From an uncultured Acidibacter sp. (lineage in GTDB: Bacteria > Pseudomonadota > Gammaproteobacteria > Steroidobacterales > Steroidobacteraceae), in contig CAZRFN010000001.1 in NCBI GenBank assembly GCA_964599335.1, forward strand, positions 12,186 through 76,185: 64,000 nt of DNA, given 5' to 3'. This document shows positions 1-9,183 of this stretch, in pieces. Every line of letters starts with the position of its first letter. Position 1 is the first letter of the stretch. Under the pieces are notes generated by a model. That model searched no databases and was not told where the DNA came from. It saw nothing but the letters and a program-made list of their open reading frames with translations. The position numbers and the translations under genes are program-made.

Positions 1-716
1 TACCGCTCGAGCTGCTCGTCGACACGCTGGGAAAAGGCGCGGGCAGCGCGTGGTACTTCGTCAATCGGGCGCCCAATATGATTCGCGGGACCTTCCCCGC
101 CGGCTTTCGCGTTCGCTTACACGAGAAAGACCTGCGTATCTGTCGCGATATGGCTGCCGCCTGCGGTGTCTCGCTTCCCGTGGTGGACGATATGTTGCGC
201 GAATATGGGGAGCTGATTCGTCGAGGTTTCGGGGACGAAGATATTTCTGCGGTGTACCGGCTCAAGTGGGAGCTGTTCGAGAACGCGTCGTTCAACAACC
301 CTCCGGAGAACGAGATCTCGGCCTTGTTACGTCGAGCACGGACCATCGCCATCGTGGGTCTCAGCGCCGATAGGACGCGCCCGAGCCATGGCGTCGCGCG
401 ATCTCTGCAGAAGTTCGGATATCGCATCATTCCCGTCACGCCCTCTGCCACCGAAATTTTGGGCGAGCGCTGCGTACCGTCGCTCGATCGACTCGGCGAT
501 GTGCTCTCTCCGGGCGAAACCGTCGATCTCGTCGACGTGTTTCGACGACCCGAACATGTCTCGGCGATCGTCGAGGACTGCATCCGTCTGAAACTGCCTG
601 CGTTATGGCTGCAAGACGGCGTCATCGACGAGGCGGCTGCGCGCAAAGCCCGCAATGCCGGAATTTTCACGGTGATGGACCGCTGCATCTTCCGCGATCG
701 CGCGGCGATAGGTTGA
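1..716 (+). CDS. 5'-partial fusion protein: 3-hydroxyisobutyrate/6-phosphogluconate dehydrogenase-like C-terminal domain fused to a CoA-binding (YccU-like) domain
   Basis: The reading frame is open from nt 3 (PLELLVDTLGKGAGSAWYFVNRAPNMIRGTFPAGFRVRLHEKDL..), which matches HIBADH-family C-terminal helices. The same ORF continues into 'RTIAIVGLSADRTRPSHGVARSLQKFGYRIIPVTP', typical of CoA-binding domain proteins. The true start lies upstream of the window. Confidence 0.7.
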   Translation, partial: PLELLVDTLGKGAGSAWYFVNRAPNMIRGTFPAGFRVRLHEKDLRICRDMAAACGVSLPVVDDMLREYGELIRRGFGDEDISAVYRLKWELFENASFNNPPENEISALLRRARTIAIVGLSADRTRPSHGVARSLQKFGYRIIPVTPSATEILGERCVPSLDRLGDVLSPGETVDLVDVFRRPEHVSAIVEDCIRLKLPALWLQDGVIDEAAARKARNAGIFTVMDRCIFRDRAAIG

Positions 717-731
717 TCTCGGAGTTCATCC

Positions 732-1547
732 ATGACGCTTCGGTTCACCAAAATGCACGGTCTTGGAAACGACTTCATGGTCGTCGAGGCTCAAACCGAC
801 AAGCGTCTTCCGGATGCCGCAACATGGCGAAAACTGGCTGATCGTCACACCGGAATCGGCTTCGACCAAGCGCTCGTGATTTTGCCGCCTCGTCAAACGG
901 GCGCCGTCGCGTTCTACAAAATATTCAACGCGGATGGCGGCGAAGTCGAGCAGTGCGGCAATGGCGCTCGCTGCGTTGCCGAGTGGATGAGGCTCTCAGG
1001 GAGAGTCGATGCGGTGTCTCTCGATGACGGACTCAAGCTCGACAGCCCCGGCGGACGCATCGAGGCGCGCTTCGGCACACCGGGGACGGTCGCGGTGAAT
1101 ATGGGCATCCCTCACTTCTTGACCGAGGGCAACACGACGCTCTCCGTCGCAGGCCATGACGTCACCTTCATCGAAGTCTCGATGGGTAATCCTCATATCG
1201 TACTGCGCGTCGATGATGTCGAGATCGCGCCGGTCGCGGTACTCGGACCCCTACTCGAGTCTCATCCGAAATTTCCGAAGCGAACGAACGTCGGATTTTT
1301 GCAGGTGGTCGATCGCAACCATGCGCGTTTGCGAGTCTTCGAGCGCGGGGTCGGGGAAACCTTGGCCTGCGGCACGGGCGCCTGCGCCGCCGTCGCCGCG
1401 GGGCGACGGTCCGGTTGGTTCGAGGACGAGGTTGAAGTTCTTTTGCCCGGCGGGTCACTTCAGATCAGCTGGCACGGTGGACACTCGGCGCTCTGGATGA
1501 CGGGCCCTGCAGAGGTCGCCTACCGTGGCGAAATCGATATTCTTTGA
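732..1547 (+). CDS. dapF: diaminopimelate epimerase
   Basis: 271 aa with 'FTKMHGLGNDFMVVE', 'CGNGARC' and C-terminal 'ACGTGACA' motifs. GGAG lies 8 nt upstream of the ATG. Confidence 0.95.
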   Translation: MTLRFTKMHGLGNDFMVVEAQTDKRLPDAATWRKLADRHTGIGFDQALVILPPRQTGAVAFYKIFNADGGEVEQCGNGARCVAEWMRLSGRVDAVSLDDGLKLDSPGGRIEARFGTPGTVAVNMGIPHFLTEGNTTLSVAGHDVTFIEVSMGNPHIVLRVDDVEIAPVAVLGPLLESHPKFPKRTNVGFLQVVDRNHARLRVFERGVGETLACGTGACAAVAAGRRSGWFEDEVEVLLPGGSLQISWHGGHSALWMTGPAEVAYRGEIDIL

Positions 1548-1560
1548 GGAGCATGACGAC

Positions 1561-2184
1561 ATGAGCAGTGCGGACGACGTTGCACAATATCTGAAACAGC
1601 ATCCGGACTTTTTCGACTCTCACCCGGAGCTCCTCGAGCACCTGCACGTACCGCACGGAGGTAACGGAACGGTGTCTCTCGTCGAGCGACAACTCAAAGT
1701 TCTACGCGAGCGACAGGCCGCGAGTCGTGAACGGCTCGCCGAGCTTGTCAGGGTGGCGCGCAACAACGATCAACTGGCCGACCGAATCCACAAGCTCACG
1801 CTGCGCTTGCTGCATGCCCGGACGGCATCCGACGTGTGCGCTCAAGTCGAGACGTCCATGCGAGAGGACTTCGACGTCACGCCCGCTCATCTCGTCCTCG
1901 ATGCGGCCAAGCGCCCGATGCTCGAATCGTTGTTATCTGCTGGTAAACCGCGTTGTGGCCACTTTTCAGAGGCGCAACGTACAAGCTTGCTCGGCGAAAC
2001 GGGCGCGAGCATCGCATCGATGGCGCTTATCCCGCTCGGCCCCGGCGCTGCGCTTGGCGCACTCATACTCGGCAGCACAGATGCGGATCGATTCAATCCG
2101 GCGGTGAGTACCGACTTTCTCGCGCGTATCGGCGAAATGATCAGTGCGGCGCTCACGAGCTTCGGCGGCGGGCCTCAAGTGTGA
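1561..2184 (+). CDS. DUF484 family protein
   Basis: 'VAQYLKQHPDFFDSHPELLEHL' N-terminus and the conserved position between dapF and xerC. The start is moved to ATG 1561, preceded by GAGGAG (1546-1551). The track start at 1525 overlaps dapF. Confidence 0.8.
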   Translation: MSSADDVAQYLKQHPDFFDSHPELLEHLHVPHGGNGTVSLVERQLKVLRERQAASRERLAELVRVARNNDQLADRIHKLTLRLLHARTASDVCAQVETSMREDFDVTPAHLVLDAAKRPMLESLLSAGKPRCGHFSEAQRTSLLGETGASIASMALIPLGPGAALGALILGSTDADRFNPAVSTDFLARIGEMISAALTSFGGGPQV

Positions 2185-3083
2185 AGCCGGAAGTGCGGCG
2201 ATGGCGTGATCGCTTCGGTACGCATCTCGGCACCGAGCGACGGCTCTCGTCACACACCTCTGCCAACTATCTCAGGGAGATCGACGCGCTGATCAGTTGG
2301 TGTGAGGCCAACGGCATCGACTCCTGGAAGACACTCGATACGCAGCATCTGCGCCTCTTCGCTGCGCGCTCGCACGCCGGTGGATTATCGCCGCGAAGCG
2401 TCCAGCGTCGTCTTTCGGCGGTGCGTACGTTTCTTCGCTATCTACAACGCGAGCGTGTCATCACCCAAAACCCCGCGGCAGACGTTCGGGCACCGAAAGC
2501 CACGCGTCGATTACCCGAGACATTGGATGTCGATCAGATGAGTCGTCTACTCGATATCCGGGGCGACGATCCGCTTTCGTTGCGCGACCGGGCAATCATG
2601 GAACTCTTCTATTCGTCGGGCCTACGCCTCTCCGAACTTATCGGTCTCGATCTCGGCGCGATCGATTTCGCGGATCGAACCGTTCGCGTCACAGGCAAAG
2701 GAAATAAATCTCGCATTCTCCCGGTCGGTCGAAAAGCCATCGACGCGCTCGAGGCTTGGCTCAAGGTACGCGGCGATCACGCCGGTGCGGGCGAGACGGC
2801 CCTCTTCACGGGTCGCAACGGCCGCCGTGTGGGGCACCGCACCATCCAGACACGCATCGCACGCTGGGCGCGATTACAGGGACTACCCGTCCACGTACAT
2901 CCTCACTTGTTCAGACATTCTTTTGCGTCGCATCTGCTGGAGTCGAGTCAAGATCTGCGAGGCGTCCAAGAGCTACTTGGCCACGCAGACATCGCGACGA
3001 CGCAGGTGTATACCCACCTTGATTTCCAACATCTTGCCCGCATCTACGATCAGGCCCACCCGAGAGCAAGGAAGAAGACATGA
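2181..3083 (+). CDS. xerC: tyrosine recombinase XerC
   Basis: '[18 protein letters not shown]', '[20 protein letters not shown]' and '[40 protein letters not shown]' (R..HxxR..Y catalytic set). GTG 2181 overlaps the upstream stop (GTGA). Confidence 0.9.
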   Translation: MKPEVRRWRDRFGTHLGTERRLSSHTSANYLREIDALISWCEANGIDSWKTLDTQHLRLFAARSHAGGLSPRSVQRRLSAVRTFLRYLQRERVITQNPAADVRAPKATRRLPETLDVDQMSRLLDIRGDDPLSLRDRAIMELFYSSGLRLSELIGLDLGAIDFADRTVRVTGKGNKSRILPVGRKAIDALEAWLKVRGDHAGAGETALFTGRNGRRVGHRTIQTRIARWARLQGLPVHVHPHLFRHSFASHLLESSQDLRGVQELLGHADIATTQVYTHLDFQHLARIYDQAHPRARKKT

Positions 3084-3625
3084 GCGAAGGATTCAACCCG
3101 CACGGCACCACCATCCTCGGCGTACGTCGAAACGGAGTCGTGGCGATCGGCGGAGACGGACAAGTCACGCTCGGTAGCACCGTCATGAAGGGCAATGCCC
3201 GAAAAGTGCGGCCGCTCGGGCAAGGCAAAGTGCTCGGTGGGTTCGCGGGTGGCACCGCAGACGCTTTCACGCTTTTCGAACGCTTCGAAGGAAAGCTCGA
3301 TAAATTCGGCAACCTCACTCGTGCGGCCATCGAGCTCGCCAAAGATTGGCGCTCCGACCGCTACCTGCGCCGACTCGAGGCTCTCCTGCTTGTCGGCGAT
3401 CCCTATAAGCTTTTTGTGATCTCCGGAAACGGCGATGTCATCGAACCCGAGTACGATCTCGTTGCCATCGGCTCGGGTGGTCCGTTCGCACAAGCTGCGG
3501 CCCGCGCCCTACTCGAAAACACCGATCTGTCAGCCCGCGAGATCGTCGAACGCGCGCTCAATATCGCGGCGGATATTTGCGTGTATACCAACCGCAATCT
3601 GGTGATCGAGGAGCTACCATCGTGA
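3080..3625 (+). CDS. hslV: ATP-dependent protease subunit HslV
   Basis: '[25 protein letters not shown]' follows a short N-terminal extension. ATGA overlap with the xerC stop. Confidence 0.95.
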   Translation: MSEGFNPHGTTILGVRRNGVVAIGGDGQVTLGSTVMKGNARKVRPLGQGKVLGGFAGGTADAFTLFERFEGKLDKFGNLTRAAIELAKDWRSDRYLRRLEALLLVGDPYKLFVISGNGDVIEPEYDLVAIGSGGPFAQAAARALLENTDLSAREIVERALNIAADICVYTNRNLVIEELPS

Positions 3626-4971
3626 CCGTTGCCGCCACGAGCCTGCGTCCACGACAAATCGTAGGCGAACTCGATAAACATATCGTCGGGCAAGACGCCG
3701 CCAAGCGCGCCGTGTCGATTGCACTGCGTAACCGATGGCGCCGGATGCAGGTCGACGAGCGTCTGCGGCCTGAAATCACACCGAAGAATATCCTGATGAT
3801 CGGACCGACCGGCTGCGGAAAGACGGAAATCGCTCGTCGACTCGCCCGCCTCGCCAATGCGCCGTTCGTCAAAGTAGAAGCGACCAAATTCACCGAGGTG
3901 GGTTATGTCGGCCGAGATGTCGACTCGATCGTCAAAGAACTCGTGGATGTCGCCGTCAAGATCACGCGGGAAGCAGAAATCGCGCGAGTAAAGGATCGAG
4001 CGGCCGATGCCGCTGAAGAACGCATCCTCGATGCGCTGCTACCGAAACCCAAGCTGATGGGTTTTTCGACGGACGAGCCCGCGGCTCCGCGGGACGCCGA
4101 GACCCGACAGAAGTTTAGAAAGATGCTGCGCGAAGGCGCGCTGGACGAGCGTGAGATCGAGATCGAACTTCGAGGCATGGGCCCCGGCATGGAAATTCTC
4201 GCTCCTCCAGGCATGGAGGAGATGCAACAGCAGTTGCAGACCATGTTCCAGAATCTCGGGGCCGGCAAGAGCCGCTCGAAAAAGATGAAGGTGCGCGATG
4301 CAGCAAAGATCCTCGTCGATGAGGAAGCCGCAAAGATGCTCAACGAAGAAGAGCTCCGCGCCCAAGCCGTTCGCAATGCCGAACAGAACGGCATCGTGTT
4401 CATCGACGAAATCGACAAGGTCTGCCGTCGGCAAGATACCTACGGCGCCGATGTCTCACGCGAGGGCGTACAGCGTGACCTGTTGCCGCTCGTCGAGGGC
4501 TGCACGGTCAATACGAAGTACGGCCCCATCAAGACTGATCATGTGCTCTTCATCGCCTCGGGGGCATTCCACGTTTCGAAGCCCTCAGATCTGATCCCGG
4601 AGCTGCAAGGTCGTTTCCCGATTCGGGTCGAACTCGAGCCGCTCAAGGTCGAAGATTTCGTGCGGATCCTGACGGAACCCGATGCCTCCCTCACGACCCA
4701 ATACGCCGCCCTACTTCGTACTGAAGGGGTCGAGGTCGACTTCGCGCCCGAGGGTGTCAGACGGTTGGCCGAGATCGCTGCTCACGTCAACGAACGCACC
4801 GAGAACATCGGCGCACGTCGACTGCACACCGTGATGGAGCGACTGCTCGAAAGCCTCTCCTACGATGCGAGTGATCGCGCGGGAAGCGCCATTCTCATCG
4901 ATGCCGCATACGTCGACAGCCATCTCGGCAAGCTGGCGCAGGATGAAGACCTGAGTCGGTTCATTCTTTGA
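3622..4971 (+). CDS. hslU: ATP-dependent protease ATPase subunit HslU
   Basis: '[24 protein letters not shown]', Walker A '[15 protein letters not shown]' and '[10 protein letters not shown]'. GTG 3622 overlaps the hslV stop (GTGA). The track start at 3577 would lie inside hslV. Confidence 0.95.
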   Translation: MTVAATSLRPRQIVGELDKHIVGQDAAKRAVSIALRNRWRRMQVDERLRPEITPKNILMIGPTGCGKTEIARRLARLANAPFVKVEATKFTEVGYVGRDVDSIVKELVDVAVKITREAEIARVKDRAADAAEERILDALLPKPKLMGFSTDEPAAPRDAETRQKFRKMLREGALDEREIEIELRGMGPGMEILAPPGMEEMQQQLQTMFQNLGAGKSRSKKMKVRDAAKILVDEEAAKMLNEEELRAQAVRNAEQNGIVFIDEIDKVCRRQDTYGADVSREGVQRDLLPLVEGCTVNTKYGPIKTDHVLFIASGAFHVSKPSDLIPELQGRFPIRVELEPLKVEDFVRILTEPDASLTTQYAALLRTEGVEVDFAPEGVRRLAEIAAHVNERTENIGARRLHTVMERLLESLSYDASDRAGSAILIDAAYVDSHLGKLAQDEDLSRFIL

Positions 4972-5660
4972 GCGATCTTGCTCTCGGCGTCGTCGTATTT
5001 ACGTTCGTCGCAGTACCCGCGTCGCTTTTACTTCTTGCGCTCGCGGACGTCATTCGACTTGAGGGCGAGGGACGACGCAAACGCTGGATTCGAAATTGTC
5101 TTTGGGCGCTCTCGCTGCCGGCTTCGATTCCTCTCGGTATCGCCGCATGGGGATGGGCGGGTGCGGCGCATCTCGAGCCCCTCTGTCAGGCCTATGCATC
5201 GCCGGAATATCGGAGCGAGAGACCGATCTTCGCATCGAGCCTCGTCATCGAAAGCGGTCAATCACAAACCGGAGAAGCGCCTCCGGCCTGGGCGACCGTC
5301 GTCGTTGAGCAGTTGCAATCACCCCAGGGGCCACTCGATGAGGTGCGTATCTCGTCGCGGTCGTCCGAACGCTCAGGCCTCACAACAAGCCCTTCGGGGC
5401 AGGTACTAGCACTGCAGGTACGTCGGTTACTCCACCACGAAAATCTTTGGTTCCGCGTCGAGATGGATCGTTTCCGGCTTTACGATGCGAATGACGGAAT
5501 CACCCTCGCCCTCGCCGACGAACTCTGGATCGATGCGGGACGCACCCGGTATCACTGCGGGATCGTGAGCGGAAGAAACCCGAAGACCGAGTCAACGTAT
5601 CCGGCGGGTGACGGAGTCGCTCGCTTCGTGAAGCGCGCGCTGTCCGGCTCCAAAAACTGA
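4968..5660 (+). CDS. hypothetical membrane-anchored protein
   Basis: 230-aa ORF with two N-terminal hydrophobic helices. TTG start overlaps the hslU stop. No recognisable motif. Third-position GC is somewhat lower than in the neighbours. Confidence 0.45.
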   Translation: MSDLALGVVVFTFVAVPASLLLLALADVIRLEGEGRRKRWIRNCLWALSLPASIPLGIAAWGWAGAAHLEPLCQAYASPEYRSERPIFASSLVIESGQSQTGEAPPAWATVVVEQLQSPQGPLDEVRISSRSSERSGLTTSPSGQVLALQVRRLLHHENLWFRVEMDRFRLYDANDGITLALADELWIDAGRTRYHCGIVSGRNPKTESTYPAGDGVARFVKRALSGSKN

Positions 5661-5664
5661 GAGG

Positions 5665-6603
5665 TCAGGAAAAGTATTGCGCTGCGAGCAGGTCGAGCCG
5701 CTGCTCGAAGTCGGCGCCGGTGGGCAGCAAGACGCAGCCCGGAGGTAACTCCTCGGCGGTGACCAAGCGGGCTGCGAATCCGCCCACCCATACTTCGCAT
5801 CGACCGCTCAGAAGTTCAGCGAGCTCGCGTAATTGGTTGAGGGCCGGCACTTCGTTCTCCGGCATGACGAGAGAAACCAGCACGGCGCGTGCATCGACTT
5901 CGAGTGCAAAGCGAGCCAGCTCGTCCGGCGGAACATCGACACCTAAATAATGCGTGCGAAAGCGGCGTGTCGCGGCAAGCCAGCTGCACATCAGGATTCC
6001 GAGCTCGTGACGTTCGCCCGAGAGCGTCGAGAGCACCAGGCAAGGACCATTGTCGGAGCGCAGATAACCGCGCGACACGCTAATGATTAAGCGACGCACG
6101 ATGTCGGTGACCATGTGCTCTTGGGCGATCGATACCTCACCGCGATGCCATCGCTCGCCGACCTCCCGGACGAGCGGCACGAGCACCGTGTTCACGACTT
6201 CGTTGGGGGGAAGTAGCGCGACGGCAGACGTCAGGACCTCTTCGACGCCAGAGGGGTCGGAGTGCTCGGTGGCGTCGATGGCTCGTTCGACGTAGGACTG
6301 TCCGCGTGTCGGACCGGGACGCGCTTGGCCCCCGGAGTCGGCTACGAGCTTTGCGAGCTCGTCGTCAGGAAGAGAAGCGAGACGGCTGATGGTGTGGCCA
6401 AGCTCGGTCGCGGTGCGCAGCAAGCGAAGGCGGGCGACGTCGGCGGCCGAATACGTGCGGCGGCCCGAGGAATCTCGAGACGGGCGCACCACTTCGTATC
6501 GGCGCTCCCAAGCTCGTAGGGTCTCCACTGTCAGGCCGGTGGCCTGAGAGACCGCCTTGATCGTGAACTGGCCCGCAGGGGGGGTCGTAGCAAGCCTGTT
6601 CAT
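5665..6603 (-). CDS. MerR-family transcriptional regulator with cobalamin-binding domain (CarH/LitR-type)
   Basis: N-terminal MerR HTH 'FTIKAVSQATGLTVETLRAWERRYEVV', 'ERWHRGEVSIAQEH' (W-x9-EH) and 'GERHELG' (ExHxxG B12 lower-ligand motif). Confidence 0.8.
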   Translation of the reverse strand: MNRLATTPPAGQFTIKAVSQATGLTVETLRAWERRYEVVRPSRDSSGRRTYSAADVARLRLLRTATELGHTISRLASLPDDELAKLVADSGGQARPGPTRGQSYVERAIDATEHSDPSGVEEVLTSAVALLPPNEVVNTVLVPLVREVGERWHRGEVSIAQEHMVTDIVRRLIISVSRGYLRSDNGPCLVLSTLSGERHELGILMCSWLAATRRFRTHYLGVDVPPDELARFALEVDARAVLVSLVMPENEVPALNQLRELAELLSGRCEVWVGGFAARLVTAEELPPGCVLLPTGADFEQRLDLLAAQYFS

Positions 6604-6618
6604 GATTTGTTCATCTCG

Positions 6619-6673
6619 TGTATAGCCTTAACCTGTACAGAAGCTTGACAGATTCCCACGCTCCTGTCATCCT
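6619..6673 (+). promoter_or_regulatory. candidate operator plus promoter upstream of the fasciclin gene
   Basis: Inverted repeat TGTATAG-N7-CTGTACA (6619-6639). -35 TTGACA (6645-6650), 17-nt spacer, TG-extended weak -10 CATCCT (6668-6673). Tandem 11-bp units aAccTgtACAg / aAgcTtgACAg (6630-6651). Confidence 0.45.
6646..6669. promoter_or_regulatory. inverted repeat TGACAG-N12-CTGTCA in the divergent intergenic region
   Basis: Perfect 6-bp arms read directly from the sequence. It overlaps the -35 box and spacer of the candidate promoter. Confidence 0.4.
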
Positions 6674-6741
6674 TCTTCTCGTCGAAACAAAGCGTACGCA
6701 GGAAAGCCGGTACGCCACAGAGCAACCAACGGAGTACTGCC

Positions 6742-7230
6742 ATGATTCGTTTCAACGCCAAGAACTTTGCCGCCGTCGCCCTTTTGGGCCTGGCGTCGGT
6801 CGCTGCCCAAGCCAACGGTTCGTCCACCGTCCTCGACGTCGCCAAGGAGAAGGGTAATTTCAGCACCCTCGCCAAGGCCATCGAAGCGGCGGGTCTCAAC
6901 GACGCCCTGACCGCCAACGGCCCGATCACCATTTTCGCCCCGACGGACGAAGCCTTCGCCAAGCTGCCCCCGGGTCAGCTCGAAGCCCTGCTCCGCCCTG
7001 AGAACAAGGACCAGCTCGTCAAGATCCTCACGAACCACGTGGTGCCGGGTAAGGCCCTCGAAGAGAACGATCTGAAGCGCACCCGCAGCGCCAAGACCGT
7101 CTCCGGTGACGACGTGAAGATCGAGCTCGTTCGCGGCCGCGTCCGTGTCGACGGTGCCCGCGTCTCGGGTGACTTCAACGCCACCAACGGCGTGGTCGTC
7201 GCCATCGACAGCGTCCTGCTGCCGAACTGA
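6742..7230 (+). CDS. fasciclin (FAS1) domain protein, secreted
   Basis: Signal peptide 'NFAAVALLGLASVAAQA'. 'LDVAKEKGNFSTLAKAIEAAGLNDALTANGPITIFAPTDEAFAKLP' and 'NGVVVAIDSVLLP' are typical FAS1 motifs. GGAG SD. Confidence 0.85.
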   Translation: MIRFNAKNFAAVALLGLASVAAQANGSSTVLDVAKEKGNFSTLAKAIEAAGLNDALTANGPITIFAPTDEAFAKLPPGQLEALLRPENKDQLVKILTNHVVPGKALEENDLKRTRSAKTVSGDDVKIELVRGRVRVDGARVSGDFNATNGVVVAIDSVLLPN

Positions 7231-7246
7231 TCGAATCATGAAGGAC

Positions 7247-7271
7247 ACGGCGTCCCCGTCCGGGGCGCCGT
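7247..7271 (+). terminator. GC-rich hairpin downstream of the fasciclin gene (possible terminator, no U-tract)
   Basis: ACGGCG(T)CCCC-GTCC-GGGGCGCCGT, a 10-bp stem with one bulge, 17 nt after the stop codon. Confidence 0.35.
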
Positions 7272-7319
7272 TCCGGACATGGATGTCCGGATGTATGGAA
7301 ACCCCCGTCCAAGGATGAT

Positions 7320-7356
7320 CCGGGTGGAGTGGACCGAAAGGTTCACTCCACCCCGG
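7320..7356 (+). other. long hairpin with GAAA tetraloop in the leader of the MetE-like gene
   Basis: CCGGGTGGAGTGGACC-GAAA-GGTTCACTCCA(C)CCCGG, about a 16-bp stem with one bulge. Flanked by further hairpins at 7273-7290 and 7357-7374. Confidence 0.5.
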
Positions 7357-7385
7357 ACGACGGTTGAGCGTCGTAAGATGCGCAG

Positions 7386-8402
7386 GTGTTTACCACCACT
7401 ACCGTAGGCAGCCTTCCCAAGCCGGACTGGCTGGCCGAACCCGAAAAACTCTGGCCCGAGTGGCGTCTCAAAGACGCTGAGTTGCAGCAAGGCAAAGAGC
7501 GCTCTGCGCTCGAATGGCTTCGCGAACAAGAAGCGGCCGGCATCGATGTCGTCGGTGACGGCGAGCAATTCCGCATCCACTTTGTCCATGGCTTCCTCGA
7601 GCAACTCGAGGGAATCGATTGGAATCGCAAGACCCGCATGGGCATCCGTAACAATCGTTACGAAGCCGACGTGCCCACGGTCACCGGACCCCTCTCGCGC
7701 CCTCGCCCAGTTCATGTCGCCGATGCGTCTTTCATGCGTCGGAATACCGAGCATCGACTGAAGATCACGTTGCCCGGCCCGATGACGATCTGCGACACCC
7801 TCGCCGATGGGTACTACGGCCGACGTGCCGACATGGCGATGCGTTTCGCTGAGCTGCTTAACGCAGAAGCTCGAGAAATCGAGGCGGCCGGCGCCGATGT
7901 GATCCAGTTCGATGAGCCCGCGTTCAACGTATTCCTAGAAGAAGTTCGTGACTGGGGACTACCGGCCCTCGAACGTGCCATGCAGGGTCTCAAAGCGACC
8001 ACGGTCGTACACATCTGCTACGGCTACGGAATCGAAGCGAATATTCGATGGAAGGAATCTCTAGGTAATCAGTGGCGGCAGTACGAACAGATCTTCCCGT
8101 GGATCAACCAAAGCAGCGTGAAACAGGTCTCGCTCGAGTTCGCCGGGTCGCGTATCCCTCACGAGGTGCTGCGTCTGTTGCCGGACAAAGAATTATTGGT
8201 CGGCGCGATCGAAGTGCTGCCAGGTAAGCTCGAAACCCCGGAAGAAGTCGCCCACAACATTCTCGAGGCCACACAGCACGTCGAGAAGTCGCGTCTTCTG
8301 CCTTGCACCAATTGCGGTATGGCGCCGCTTTCGGCTGAGCTCGCCCGCGGTAAATTACGCGCGCTGGGTGCCGGCGCGGCAATCGCGCGTAACCGCCTCT
8401 GA
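7386..8402 (+). CDS. cobalamin-independent methionine synthase (MetE C-terminal domain, COG0620) family protein
   Basis: 338 aa. 'TTTVGSLPKPDWL', 'VVGDGEQ', 'IQFDEPAF', 'VHICYG' and 'CTNCGM' (Zn ligand pattern His/Cys..Cys). GTG start. Confidence 0.8.
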   Translation: MFTTTTVGSLPKPDWLAEPEKLWPEWRLKDAELQQGKERSALEWLREQEAAGIDVVGDGEQFRIHFVHGFLEQLEGIDWNRKTRMGIRNNRYEADVPTVTGPLSRPRPVHVADASFMRRNTEHRLKITLPGPMTICDTLADGYYGRRADMAMRFAELLNAEAREIEAAGADVIQFDEPAFNVFLEEVRDWGLPALERAMQGLKATTVVHICYGYGIEANIRWKESLGNQWRQYEQIFPWINQSSVKQVSLEFAGSRIPHEVLRLLPDKELLVGAIEVLPGKLETPEEVAHNILEATQHVEKSRLLPCTNCGMAPLSAELARGKLRALGAGAAIARNRL

Positions 8403-8409
8403 TCGAATC

Positions 8410-9183
8410 GTGTCCGAGGATCTTCAACTCTCGGATCACCGTGTCGTCCTCTGCGGGGCGAATGGAACCCTGGGTCGTGCCATCGCACGAAAACTCGCTG
8501 ATGAGGGCGCGCATCTCGCGCTACTCGGTCGGAATATCGACTCGCTGCGTAACGTAGTCGAGGGCTTACCTACCTCAGCAAGTGGCCGCCATCATCTCGT
8601 CGCTCACTGCGATCTCGGACAACAGGAATCGATCGATAGAGCTATCGAAACCGCCGAGAAAGATCTCGGTGGCATCGACGTATTCATCTCGGCAGCGGGC
8701 GCCTCGCAAGGCGGAATTTTTTGGGAGCTCGACGATGCGGCGTGGCAGCGTAATCTCGAAGTCAAATTATTCGGTACGCTGCGGATCTTGCGCGCCGTGA
8801 CGACCCGCATGGTGAACTCGCAACGTGGGCGCATCGTCATCATCGCCGGAAACTCTGCCGAAAAACCCGACCCGCGAATGCTGCCTGGCGCCGCAGCCAA
8901 TGCCGCACTGCTTACCATCGTCCGCGGTCTGGCCGATGAGCTGAAGCCGCGGGGCGTTAGTATCAATGCCGTGAGTCCGGGGCCCGTTCACTCACCTCGA
9001 CTCGATGCCTTGATGAAGGCCGAGGCCGAGCGCAGCGGCACAACACCCGAAGCCGCTACCGCAGCATTCCTCGAGCGTTCGGGCGTACGCGAACTGGTCA
9101 CTCCAGAAGACGTTGCGGACTACGTAGCGTTTTTTGCATCGACGTTATCCAGCCACCTCACCGGAACATCCATCACCGTATGA
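8410..9183 (+). CDS. SDR family oxidoreductase
   Basis: 'VVLCGANGTLGRAIARKLADEGAHLALLGR' (TGxxxGxG-like), 'NAVSPGPV'. GTG 8410 lies just after the upstream stop. Confidence 0.85.
   Translation: MSEDLQLSDHRVVLCGANGTLGRAIARKLADEGAHLALLGRNIDSLRNVVEGLPTSASGRHHLVAHCDLGQQESIDRAIETAEKDLGGIDVFISAAGASQGGIFWELDDAAWQRNLEVKLFGTLRILRAVTTRMVNSQRGRIVIIAGNSAEKPDPRMLPGAAANAALLTIVRGLADELKPRGVSINAVSPGPVHSPRLDALMKAEAERSGTTPEAATAAFLERSGVRELVTPEDVADYVAFFASTLSSHLTGTSITV

Noticed and set aside
1953-2180. N-terminal 76-aa extension of the xerC ORF in the track. Similar extensions precede hslU (3577-3621), DUF484 (1525-1560), gor, xthA, pccA, meaB and the MaoC gene.
   Set aside because: The extensions overlap the preceding genes and look non-coding. 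Internal ATG/GTG starts give canonical N-termini and stop/start overlaps (ATGA/GTGA) or SD sequences.
2181-3083. The tyrosine recombinase as a marker of an integrated mobile element.
   Set aside because: It sits in the conserved housekeeping dapF-DUF484-xerC-hslVU arrangement and has XerC-type motifs. No att-like repeats, phage genes or compositional break are visible around it.
7231-7385. Cobalamin or SAM riboswitch upstream of the MetE-like gene.
   Set aside because: I looked for the B12 box (GCCACTG-type core) and for SAM-I/SAM-II/SAH cores and found none by eye. The region is reported only as an unexplained structured leader.
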